Shown: one piece after another, positions 8,441-19,493 of the stretch
How the letters are laid out: the number at the start of each line of letters is the position of its first letter
How positions within the stretch are numbered: the first letter of the stretch is position 1
Assembly (NCBI GenBank): GCA_964536715.1
Contig: CAZHYK010000002.1
Coordinates: 1 to 29,380 of the forward strand
DNA: 29,380 nucleotides
Origin: Candidatus Woesearchaeota archaeon
GTDB taxonomy: Archaea; Nanobdellota; Nanobdellia; Pacearchaeales; GW2011-AR1
Direction of reading: 5' to 3'
Notes under the pieces: model-generated
What the model saw: only the letters and a program-made list of their open reading frames with translations
Databases searched by the model: none
What the model was told of the DNA's origin: nothing
Translations under genes and position numbers: made by a program

Positions 8441-9754
8441 TTATTGTTTTTTATCCAATCCAGAGATTTTCTCTAATTCGGTAATCATATCTCCCATTTC
8501 TTCTTTTTTTTGATCTCTGGATTTTGAAGAATTCTTCCCAACCGAATCATATATTCCTAAAACTCTTTCAGAGATTTCTTCCCAACCAAATTTTTCTGCT
8601 TGTTCAATTGCTTTTTTAGAATACTTTTCTCTTAGTCTATAATTCTCTAAAAGAACTTTTATTTTTCTTGAAAACAATGCGGTATTTAGGGGAATTACCT
8701 CTCCTGCATCGGAAACTACTTCGGGGATTCCTCCCTTGTTAGAAGTTATTACACAACATCCGCAAGCCATTGCTTCTAGGATTGTCATTCCAAATGCTTC
8801 ATATCTCGAAGGCTGCATATATATTATAGATTCATTGTATAGTTTTGCTAGTTCAGTACTTGAAATAGGTTCCCTTATCCACTTAAATCTCTCTTTGTAA
8901 GTTTCCTCTAGATATTCAAACTGTTTTGATACGTTCTTCAATGATTCTGGTGTATGGCTATTAGATGCAACAACTATAAATCTTACATTAGGGTTAGAAT
9001 CTAAGACATTTTGGGCAATTCCAGGGATGAGATCTACACCCTTCTCCAAACTGAATCTTCCCACATATAGGACTTGTTTCTTTTTTTCTATATTTTTATC
9101 TCTAAAAAATATTTTATGATCTACACCATTAGGAATAACAAAAGTTCTTCGATCTTTTATTTCATATTCTTCCATGGATTCTTCTCTAAGATGTTCGGAT
9201 ACTGAAATGACAGCATCTGCATGGTTAATTGTACTTTCCATCCATCTTGCAATTTGGAAATATTTTTTTTCCTCAGGAGTCATAAACTTAATTCTATTTT
9301 TTTCCAATGCATGAAATGTATGAACCCATGGAACTCGATTTAGATTCTTAGCAATGAATGCTCCCGCGGTTAACCAACCATGAGTATGAATAACATCAAA
9401 AGAAGACTTTTTATTTTCCTTAGAAATTTCATCTATGACTCTGTGATCGTAGATAAAATAATTCATTCGTTTATTTGCTACAGGATCTGAAATTTTAGAA
9501 TCGACTACAGTTTCTATTCCATGAATTATGATTCTTCCCTTGCCTAAATATTCTTTTTTAGTAAACTTTTTTTCAGTCTTCGTGAATATGTGAATGTCAT
9601 AACCTTTTTTGGCCAACTCTCTTGAGAGGTAATAACTATGTAATGCTACCCCATTATTACCACTTTTACCGATAGGATAATAGTAACTAACAATTCCTAT
9701 TTTGAAGGGTTGTTTAATTAACTCTTTAATTTTATAGATAAATTTATCAATCAT
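8441..9754 (-). CDS. Glycosyltransferase family 4 (GT-B)
   Basis: 'DVIHTHGW', 'VIPNGVD', 'LYVGRF..EKG', 'PSRYEAFGMTILEAMACG'. Confidence 0.95.
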   Translation of the reverse strand: MIDKFIYKIKELIKQPFKIGIVSYYYPIGKSGNNGVALHSYYLSRELAKKGYDIHIFTKTEKKFTKKEYLGKGRIIIHGIETVVDSKISDPVANKRMNYFIYDHRVIDEISKENKKSSFDVIHTHGWLTAGAFIAKNLNRVPWVHTFHALEKNRIKFMTPEEKKYFQIARWMESTINHADAVISVSEHLREESMEEYEIKDRRTFVIPNGVDHKIFFRDKNIEKKKQVLYVGRFSLEKGVDLIPGIAQNVLDSNPNVRFIVVASNSHTPESLKNVSKQFEYLEETYKERFKWIREPISSTELAKLYNESIIYMQPSRYEAFGMTILEAMACGCCVITSNKGGIPEVVSDAGEVIPLNTALFSRKIKVLLENYRLREKYSKKAIEQAEKFGWEEISERVLGIYDSVGKNSSKSRDQKKEEMGDMITELEKISGLDKKQ

Positions 9755-9809
9755 TCTATTTCTTAAAATATAATCTCTCTTAAAAGCCTTTTGATTTCAA
9801 ATTAAAAGC

Positions 9810-9824
9810 AAAAGCTTTATAAAG
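9810..9824 (+). promoter_or_regulatory. Candidate BRE/TATA promoter of the rRNA operon
   Basis: AAAAG-C-TTTATAAA about 230 nt upstream of 16S. The same A-rich + TTTATAAA/CTTATAAA pattern precedes several other genes (about 2279, 26038, 28677, 28851). Confidence 0.55.
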
Positions 9825-9890
9825 CGTTCCTCCAGTATAATTCTACAAATGAGAACTTTGGATACTATTTCCAAAGCTTCAATCATATTT

Positions 9891-11561
9891 ATTGAAGCTA
9901 GAATGAGTGCTTTATCTAAGATAAAGTATGATGTAAGCCAATTCTAGTGAGTCAATCTTTTAGCAGTTTAGGATAGATCTTGTTTATTTGATATCGGTTA
10001 AACCTTTAGGATATTAAAGCTAATTAATAATAATTTTATTAGTTCAATTCCAGTTTATCCTGCTGGAGATTGCAGCTATTTGGTTTGGATTTAAGCATGC
10101 AAGTCTGACGCAAGTCGGCGAACGGCTCAGCAACACGTAGTTAATCTGCCCTTAGGTCAGGAATACCCTCGGGAAACTGAGGTTAATATCTGATAGGAGT
10201 TTTGTTCTGGAATGATATTACTCTGAAACTCGAGCCTAAGGATGAGACTGCGGCTGATTAGCTTGTTGGCGGGATAAAAGCCCACCAAGGCGATGATCGG
10301 TAAGGGCCCTTAGCGGGGTCGCCCTGAGAAGGAATCTGAGACACTATTCCTAGCTCTACGGAGTGCAGCAGCTGCGAATTTTCTGCAATGCGCGAAAGCG
10401 TGACAGAGCGAACCAAAGTGCTATTCTTTTTGAATAGCTTTTGTCTGCTGTAAAAAGGCAGATGAATAAGGACTGGGAAAGACCGGTGCCAGCCGCCGCG
10501 GTAATACCGGCAGTTCAAGTTGCAATCAACTTTATTGGGTCTAAAACATCCGTAGCTTGTTTAGTAAGTTTCTTGTGAAATCTGGTATCTCAAGTATCAG
10601 GCGGGCAGGAAATACTACTATACTAGAGACTGGGAGATGTAAGGAGTACATTCGAGGTAGTGGTTAAATACGTTAATCTTGGATGGACTAACAATTGGCG
10701 AAGGCACCTTACAAGAACAGGTCTGACAGTGAGGGATGAAGGCCAGGGGCGCAAAACGGATTAGATACCCGTGTAGTCCTGGCAGTAAACACTGCTCACT
10801 AAACATTGGGGCCTCTTCGGGAGGTTTCAGTGCTGAAGCGAAGGCGAAGAGTGAGCTACCTGGGAAGTATAGTCGCAAGATCGAAACTTAAAGGAATTGG
10901 CGGGGAGACACTACAACGAGTGACGCGTGCGGTTTAATTAGATTCTACACCGTGAACCTCACCAGGAGCGACAGCAGGATGAAGGTCAGTCTGAAGGGCT
11001 TACCTGACACGCTGAGCGGAGATGCATGGCCAACGTCAGCCTGTGCAGTGATGTGACCTGTTAAATCAGGTAACAGGCGAGACCCGTATGTATAATTACT
11101 ATCGAAAGAAGAACATTATACAGACTGCCTTGGTAACAAGGAGGAAGGTGCGGGCTACGTTAGGTGAGTACGTCCCTAATCCCCTGGGCTACACGCGCGC
11201 GGCAATGGCATATTCAATGAGATGCAACACCGAAAGGTGGAGCTAATCCCCTAAAGTATGTCTTAGTTCAGATTGAGGGTTGCAACCCACCCTCATGACG
11301 CTGGAATTCGTAGTAATCGTTTATTAGCAGTGAACGGTGAATATGTCCCTGTCTCTTGCACACACCGCCCATCAAACCAACCGAGTTATGCGGAGAAGAA
11401 GCTCGTCTGGGAAGATTTTTTGTATGACAAGGTAGGTTAAGTTGTCACAAGGTATCTGTAGGGGAACCTGCAGATGGATCACCTCCTATAAAATTTTAAA
11501 ATAAAATTTGTAAATTAAGTTAATATTGATAATGATTTAGAGTTGGCTTTCTAGCTTCAAT
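9891..11561 (+). other. Long-range pre-16S processing stem
   Basis: 9891-9903 ATTGAAGCTAGAA pairs perfectly with 11549-11561 TTCTAGCTTCAAT; 9935-9946 AAGCCAATTCTA pairs with 11538-11549 TAGAGTTGGCTT (one G-U). Confidence 0.8.
10047..11487 (+). rRNA. rrs: 16S rRNA (archaeal, DPANN-like), no intron
   Basis: 5' ATTCCAGTTTATCCTGCTGGA, GTGCCAGCCGCCGCGGTAA, ATTAGATACCC, AAACTTAAAGGAATTGGCGG, 3' GGATCACCTCCT; about 1440 nt. Ends approximate. Confidence 0.98.
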
Positions 11562-11621
11562 TAATTTTCTTCTTTAAGAAGAAATAAATGCTGGTGCAAG
11601 CAGACTGCAAGTACCAGAAAT

Positions 11622-11692
11622 GGGCCTGTAGTCTAGTAGTAAAACACTTCGCTTGCACCGAGGAGTCCCGGGTGCGATTCCCGGCGGGTCCA
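11622..11692 (+). tRNA. tRNA-Ala(UGC) in the 16S-23S spacer
   Basis: Cloverleaf GGGCCTG/CGGGTCC with the G3-U70 Ala determinant; anticodon loop CT-TGC-AC; no CCA. Confidence 0.93.
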
Positions 11693-11773
11693 TAACTAAT
11701 CAAGGGAACCGAGATTAGTTTGGAGTCGACGGTACTAAAAACCTCAAAGGTTTTTTCAATCGGCGGGTCCATA
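11682..11773 (+). repeat. 13-bp direct repeat of the tRNA-Ala 3' end flanking a 66-nt two-hairpin cassette
   Basis: CGGCGGGTCCATA at 11682-11694 and 11761-11773. Confidence 0.8.
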
Positions 11774-11915
11774 TAAAATCATACTCACAAAGAGATTCGA
11801 AAAAACGAATTAAAAAAATTAGGGAAGAAATTCCATGAACTATGAAGTTCGCAAGATGCATTGCGGATGGAGTTGGAGAACAAAGTAAGTGCATTTATGC
11901 ATATCATGTTCAATG

Positions 11916-14869
<2,954 letters not shown>

Positions 14870-14910
14870 ATTGTAACAAATCTTATAAACTTTGTTTTGT
14901 TTTTAGATTT

Positions 14911-15366
14911 ATGATATTTGAAATTATTATTGGAATCGTACTTGGAATTATTTTAACAATTATTATTTTAAATCAAATTCATAAAAGGAAAATTTTAGAG
15001 TTAAAATCGGAGTTTAGAGATAGTGAAAAAGAGATTAAGAATAAAACTCTTTCAGCTTCAAGAAGAAGTTTAGTTGGTAAATTTATTGAGAAGTTTGTTC
15101 CTTTTTTAGAGAGATTTGATTATGAGCCTTCAGATGCACATTTTATTGGGCAGCCAATAGATTATATTATATTTGATGGTCTTCACGAGGATAAAGTTAG
15201 GAAAATTATATTTTTAGAGGTTAAATCAGGGAAGAGTAAATTAACCTCTAGAGAAAGAAGTTTGAAAGAAGCTATAGAAAATAAAGAAGTTTATTGGGAC
15301 GAATTAAGGGTTGATACAGAGGGTTTAGGGGATTTGGATTTAGGGAATGAAGAAGATTTAAGTTAG
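14911..15366 (+). CDS. Holliday junction resolvase-like PD-(D/E)xK endonuclease with N-terminal membrane anchor (Endonuc_Holl type)
   Basis: 'G...E...PF...F.Y.P.D..FIG.PIDYI.FDG.......I.F.EVKSG.S.L...E'. ATG 14911 preferred because the 14863 start lies inside the 23S processing stem. Confidence 0.88.
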   Translation: MIFEIIIGIVLGIILTIIILNQIHKRKILELKSEFRDSEKEIKNKTLSASRRSLVGKFIEKFVPFLERFDYEPSDAHFIGQPIDYIIFDGLHEDKVRKIIFLEVKSGKSKLTSRERSLKEAIENKEVYWDELRVDTEGLGDLDLGNEEDLS

Positions 15367-15417
15367 GTATCTAGATGCGATATCCTTATAAACTAGCGAT
15401 ATTTATAATAATTAAGA

Positions 15418-15798
15418 ATGAAAGGAAATTTAGTGACTCTTCCTTCGGAAAAATATACAAAACTCGAAGCAAGAGTTAATACAATAGAGGGAATTAATCA
15501 AGAGAATGCATTAGGATTATTTATGGCTTCTATGGTATATCGAAGAAGAACTAATTCCTCGAGAGAGTCATGGCTATATTTAGGGGATAGTCATTCAATG
15601 AGGGGTGCTAATATGTTAGAAACTTCTAATATTATTAGTTTAGAGGGAAAGTTCAATGAACCTTTGGAAGTTTATATAGAGGGGATAGATGAAGAGGCTA
15701 AAAAATTTTCAGACGAACTAAGAGTATTATTTGACAAGGAAGAATATTTTACATTTTTCCTAGAAGAATATTCGGGACAGAAATTTATTAGAAGTTAA
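15418..15798 (+). CDS. Hypothetical protein
   Basis: 126-aa ORF with an upstream TATA-like site; no recognisable motif. Confidence 0.6.
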   Translation: MKGNLVTLPSEKYTKLEARVNTIEGINQENALGLFMASMVYRRRTNSSRESWLYLGDSHSMRGANMLETSNIISLEGKFNEPLEVYIEGIDEEAKKFSDELRVLFDKEEYFTFFLEEYSGQKFIRS

Positions 15799-15809
15799 AT
15801 GTTCAAAAT

Positions 15810-16202
15810 TTAAGCCAGTTTACTTCCGGCAACAACTTCTGGGACTATAACTAGATTCGCTCCGGCTTTTTTTAGCTTTTCAATAAAATCACTATGCTCG
15901 GCACGAGCATTTATTTCCATTGTCTTATTAAGTTCTTTTGCAGTTGAGATTATAGAAATATTTGTTTCTGCTTTTGGAAGAGTTATAATGAATTTTCTTG
16001 CATTTTTTATTCCTGCTTCAATAAGTGTTTCTTCTTCTTCAACATTTCCTTGAATGATGTTATATTTTTTTTCTTTTAATCTATCTACCTTTAGAGGGTT
16101 TATTTCTACTATTGTAAACTCTTCCTCTCTTTCAGCTAGAATTCTTGCAATCTCCTCACCTACCCTTCCCCCTCCAGCAATAACAACTTGATTTTTAACC
16201 AT
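15810..16202 (-). CDS. Stand-alone RCK/TrkA-N (NAD-binding) domain protein
   Basis: 'VVIAGGGRVG..IA..L', 'IQG...EE.L..AGI..A', 'ARA......KL.KAGA..V..PE'. Confidence 0.85.
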   Translation of the reverse strand: MVKNQVVIAGGGRVGEEIARILAEREEEFTIVEINPLKVDRLKEKKYNIIQGNVEEEETLIEAGIKNARKFIITLPKAETNISIISTAKELNKTMEINARAEHSDFIEKLKKAGANLVIVPEVVAGSKLA

Positions 16203-16249
16203 AGTTGATTTTAGTTCTTGGACTTTTTAAATGTGCCTGTTTGAAAAAA

Positions 16250-16516
16250 TTATTTTTTATCTTTTAATTTTTTAGAAATCAATCCGATGATAGCCCCAAC
16301 AATAAACCAAAAAATAGCAGAATAAATTATCATTAAAAGAAAATACCCATCAATGGAGGGGCTGTTCATTATGTCATATCCAATGAGAGAAATAAAATGA
16401 ATTCTTACAAAATTTATTAGCATAATTATTACAATAAGTTTTAGTGGTAAGATAATGAGATTGAATAGAAGAAATATTCCTACGGATATTAGTCCGAATT
16501 TAAGCTATTTTTCTAT
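16250..16516 (-). pseudogene. Probable pseudogene of a small membrane protein (lost start plus in-frame TAG); not in the ORF track
   Basis: Open hydrophobic frame 16504 to 16250 (LKFGLISVGIFLL...FWFIVGAIIGLISKKLKDKK*), preceded in frame by ATA GAA AAA TAG. The only internal start is ATG 16423 (57 aa). Confidence 0.5.
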
Positions 16517-16597
16517 GATTATATGTGTTCTTTTTAGTTTATAAGGTTTTATATTTCCTCTAGTTAGTCTTTTAAAGAAGGTTCATATAATCTATCT

Positions 16598-17446
16598 ATG
16601 GAAGAGGAGATTAGTCAGGAAGAATTTTTAAGAAAATTAGAAATGGAATTGAAGATTTCAAAAAATTCTCCATACACTATTAAGAATTATGTTTTAAGAA
16701 ATAGGGAGTTATTCAACTTTGCTAAAAAAAATCCTTCTGAAATTATTGAAGATGATGTGAAATATTTCGTCGCAGAAAATCTTTCGGATAAAGCTGCAAG
16801 TTCAATTATTCAGTTTCTTGCAGCAATAAAATATGCCTATCTTACTATCTTGAAAAAAGATATTACTATTGGAATTAGAAGACCTAAAAAAGAAAAAAGA
16901 ATTCCTTCGGTTTTAACTAAGGAAGAAATATCTAAGTTATTAAATTCTTTCTATAGCAAGAAATCTAAACTGATGGTTTCTTTACTTTATGCTTGCGGAT
17001 TGAGAGTTTCGGAATTAGTAAACTTAAAAATTGAAGATTTATTTTTTGATGAAAAAGTGGGATATGTGAAACAAGCTAAGGGAAAAAAGGATAGGATGTT
17101 TAATATTCCTAATTTTCTTTTAGAGGATTTGAAAAAACAGGTAGAGCTTCAAAAAAAATCTAATGAAGAATTTTTATTTTCAGGAACTAATGGAAAACTT
17201 ACCGAGAGAAATATTCAAAAAATTGTTGAAAAAGCTTCTAAGAGAGTAGGACTTCAAAAAAATGTTCATTGTCATACCTTAAGACATTCTTTTGCAACTC
17301 ATCTTTTAGAACAAGGAGTTGATATAAGGAAAATTCAGGAACTTCTAGGACATGCAGACTTATCAACTACACAAATTTATACTCATATTTCTAGGGAAGA
17401 ATTGAAGAAGATTAAAAGTCCTATAGATAGCTTGGAAGTGAGTTAA
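16598..17446 (+). CDS. xerA: Tyrosine recombinase XerA (XerC/D family)
   Basis: Complete catalytic set: GLRVSE (R), KGKKDR (K), HTLRH (HxxR), LLGH (H), TQIY (Y); N-terminal SAM-like domain. Confidence 0.92.
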   Translation: MEEEISQEEFLRKLEMELKISKNSPYTIKNYVLRNRELFNFAKKNPSEIIEDDVKYFVAENLSDKAASSIIQFLAAIKYAYLTILKKDITIGIRRPKKEKRIPSVLTKEEISKLLNSFYSKKSKLMVSLLYACGLRVSELVNLKIEDLFFDEKVGYVKQAKGKKDRMFNIPNFLLEDLKKQVELQKKSNEEFLFSGTNGKLTERNIQKIVEKASKRVGLQKNVHCHTLRHSFATHLLEQGVDIRKIQELLGHADLSTTQIYTHISREELKKIKSPIDSLEVS

Positions 17447-17499
17447 GATATATAGAGAATTATATAACTATTTATAAAGAGAATGTAGTTCTATTTATT

Positions 17500-18087
17500 A
17501 TGGAAAGAAATGTTCTTTATATAGGAGCAGATGATTCTAACAATCACGATTCTAGAACTGCAAGAGTTTTAGCGACTACTTTTTCAATTTTTCATAAAGA
17601 TTCTATATATCGAAATTTTCCTCGAGAGAAAAATCATAAAGAACTTTTTTATTGGTTAGGTTCAGATAAACAAGAAAGAGATTTCAGATTTGCATTATTA
17701 ACTGAATCCTACTTTAACTCTATGCAACCCATACTTCCCTTCGCGATCCCAAAACTTGCCTTGGATTATGTTCCTACATTGAGAGAAACTCCTAATAAAG
17801 TTTGGATATCTATAGATGGAATTTTACCTAGAGCTCATAGAGAGTATATAAGAAGATCTCTTAATCCTTATTTTAAAGAGATTGTTATAAATAATGTAAT
17901 AAAAAGAAGAAATATTATGGCGAGAAGATCTCATGATAAAAAACTTTTTTGCCCTACCGTCCTAAAGATGGCTGATAGTTGTGCAAATCATATTTATGAT
18001 TATTTCTCAAATTCGTATTTAGAAGAAAGAGTAGTTTTAGATCAATCAAGATTGAGAGATATATATCTAGAACTAAAAGCTAAATAG
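17500..18087 (+). CDS. Putative RNase H-like fold nuclease (RNase HII/DUF3800-like)
   Basis: 'YIGADDS', 'ISIDG' and 'LKMADSCA' acidic motifs in RNase H-like order. Confidence 0.5.
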   Translation: MERNVLYIGADDSNNHDSRTARVLATTFSIFHKDSIYRNFPREKNHKELFYWLGSDKQERDFRFALLTESYFNSMQPILPFAIPKLALDYVPTLRETPNKVWISIDGILPRAHREYIRRSLNPYFKEIVINNVIKRRNIMARRSHDKKLFCPTVLKMADSCANHIYDYFSNSYLEERVVLDQSRLRDIYLELKAK

Positions 18088-18121
18088 TAAGATTTAAATT
18101 CTATTTGATTCTGTCTAGTAT

Positions 18122-18658
18122 ATGGCTTGTGAAAAATGTAATTATAGAGATAAAAAAGAGATTATAAAATTTAATACTCCCCTCTGTCAAATTTGTAATT
18201 TTTTCTCTCCAGATAATGAAGATAAGTTTATGTTTTATATAAATGAAAAAATTGACTGGAGAAATTTAGAAACATTTAGAAAGTTTGGACAGAAAATTGG
18301 TTCAAGGCAAAAATCCGGAATGATAGAAAAAGCAAGACAAGGAGAGGTGATGTCTAGAGTTGCATTAGGATACTCTTTAGTTGATAAGAAACTTGTTGAG
18401 AATGAAGATGCCTCTAAGGTTCATTCTATATTTACGAAATATTTGAATAGTGAAATTTCTTTAAATCAGCTATCTAAGAAATATGGTCTTTCACTGAATG
18501 GTTTGAAGAAAATTTTAAAAAATAGAACTTATCTAGGAGAAATAAAATTTGACGGGCAAACATTTAAGGGAGATCATAAGGCTTTAATTTCTCCAGAAAT
18601 TTTTTATGCAGTCCAGAGAAAATTGAATAATAGGAAAATTAAAATAAATATTAGTTGA
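18122..18658 (+). CDS. Zn-finger plus large-serine-recombinase DNA-binding (Recombinase) domain protein, no catalytic domain
   Basis: C3xxC6...C22xxC25; 'RQKSGM..KA..G......LGY'; 'IL.N..Y.G.......G.H..LIS.E.F..VQ..L'. Confidence 0.8.
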   Translation: MACEKCNYRDKKEIIKFNTPLCQICNFFSPDNEDKFMFYINEKIDWRNLETFRKFGQKIGSRQKSGMIEKARQGEVMSRVALGYSLVDKKLVENEDASKVHSIFTKYLNSEISLNQLSKKYGLSLNGLKKILKNRTYLGEIKFDGQTFKGDHKALISPEIFYAVQRKLNNRKIKINIS

Positions 18659-19445
18659 GAGATCTATACATTCCCTCCTGAATTTTAGAGAAATTAGTTG
18701 GAGATACATTTCTCGGATCTGCACCCACATGGCTTGCAATACTTTGAAGAAGATTTAGATATTGGGGAGTGATATCAAATCTTTCTACTTCGGGAGAGTA
18801 AACTACTCTTCCTTGGATATTTTTACCATCCTCCTTAAATCTAATTGTATTCATAGCTACATTATCAATTGTTGGAATTTCCTTAAAATCTACGGTTCTA
18901 GCGATGCCTTTGGTTATAAGTTTTCTGAATGAGGGATTCCTATCGTATCCTTGTTCACTAAATCCTACTATTTTATAGTCTATATTCTTTCTTAATCTTT
19001 TTAAATGATAATCATAAGCTTCAACTTCATTTGTAAATTCCCTTGATTTTTCTTTTGCTAAGTTATTTATAGAATTTAGGAATTGTCTATATCCTACTAC
19101 CGATGAAGAACCTGATAGGACCTCGTCTAAGCAAATGATTTTTGTTTTACTAGATATATTTTTTTCCTTATAAAAATTTTTATACCATCTTTCCATTAGT
19201 TCAGTTCTATTCCTAAATCTGCTAGAATTTGGAAGATACTCCACGTCATTTAGCGGAAATTTTCTATCAACTATATATAACATATCAACTAGTGGAACTG
19301 CTCCAGCTACGGGCGCAAATATATAATCCGGAGAAATCATACGAATTAGCGAAGATGCTTTCTTTAATTTTTTTGTAAATTTATACATATCCTCAGGTAA
19401 TTCTTTTCTTAATTCAGGTTCCATAGATAAATTAGAAGAGGACAC
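18651..19445 (-). CDS. Phosphoribosyltransferase-like protein
   Basis: 'PDYIFAPVAGAVP' and PRPP-loop-like 'IICLDEVLSGSS'. Start may be the downstream MEPEL ATG. Confidence 0.55.
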   Translation of the reverse strand: MSSSNLSMEPELRKELPEDMYKFTKKLKKASSLIRMISPDYIFAPVAGAVPLVDMLYIVDRKFPLNDVEYLPNSSRFRNRTELMERWYKNFYKEKNISSKTKIICLDEVLSGSSSVVGYRQFLNSINNLAKEKSREFTNEVEAYDYHLKRLRKNIDYKIVGFSEQGYDRNPSFRKLITKGIARTVDFKEIPTIDNVAMNTIRFKEDGKNIQGRVVYSPEVERFDITPQYLNLLQSIASHVGADPRNVSPTNFSKIQEGMYRSLN

Positions 19446-19493
19446 TATTTAAACCTTTCTATTTGTTACTCTTAATCAGGAACAACAAAATGA

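Noticed and set aside
11566-11584. TTTCTTCT-tta-AGAAGAAA hairpin before tRNA-Ala as another B-type repeat
   Set aside because: Similar purine/pyrimidine layout but lacks the B flanks (TTAGGAGG, GAGTTC); cannot be separated from chance in AT-rich DNA.
11774-11915. Separate ncRNA in the second half of the rRNA spacer
   Set aside because: Only short local hairpins (4-5 bp), typical of spacer structure; no recognisable family motif.
16598-17446. xerA as the integrase of a prophage or integrative element
   Set aside because: The sequence is typical chromosomal XerA/XerD-like, with no flanking att pair, viral or replication genes nearby.
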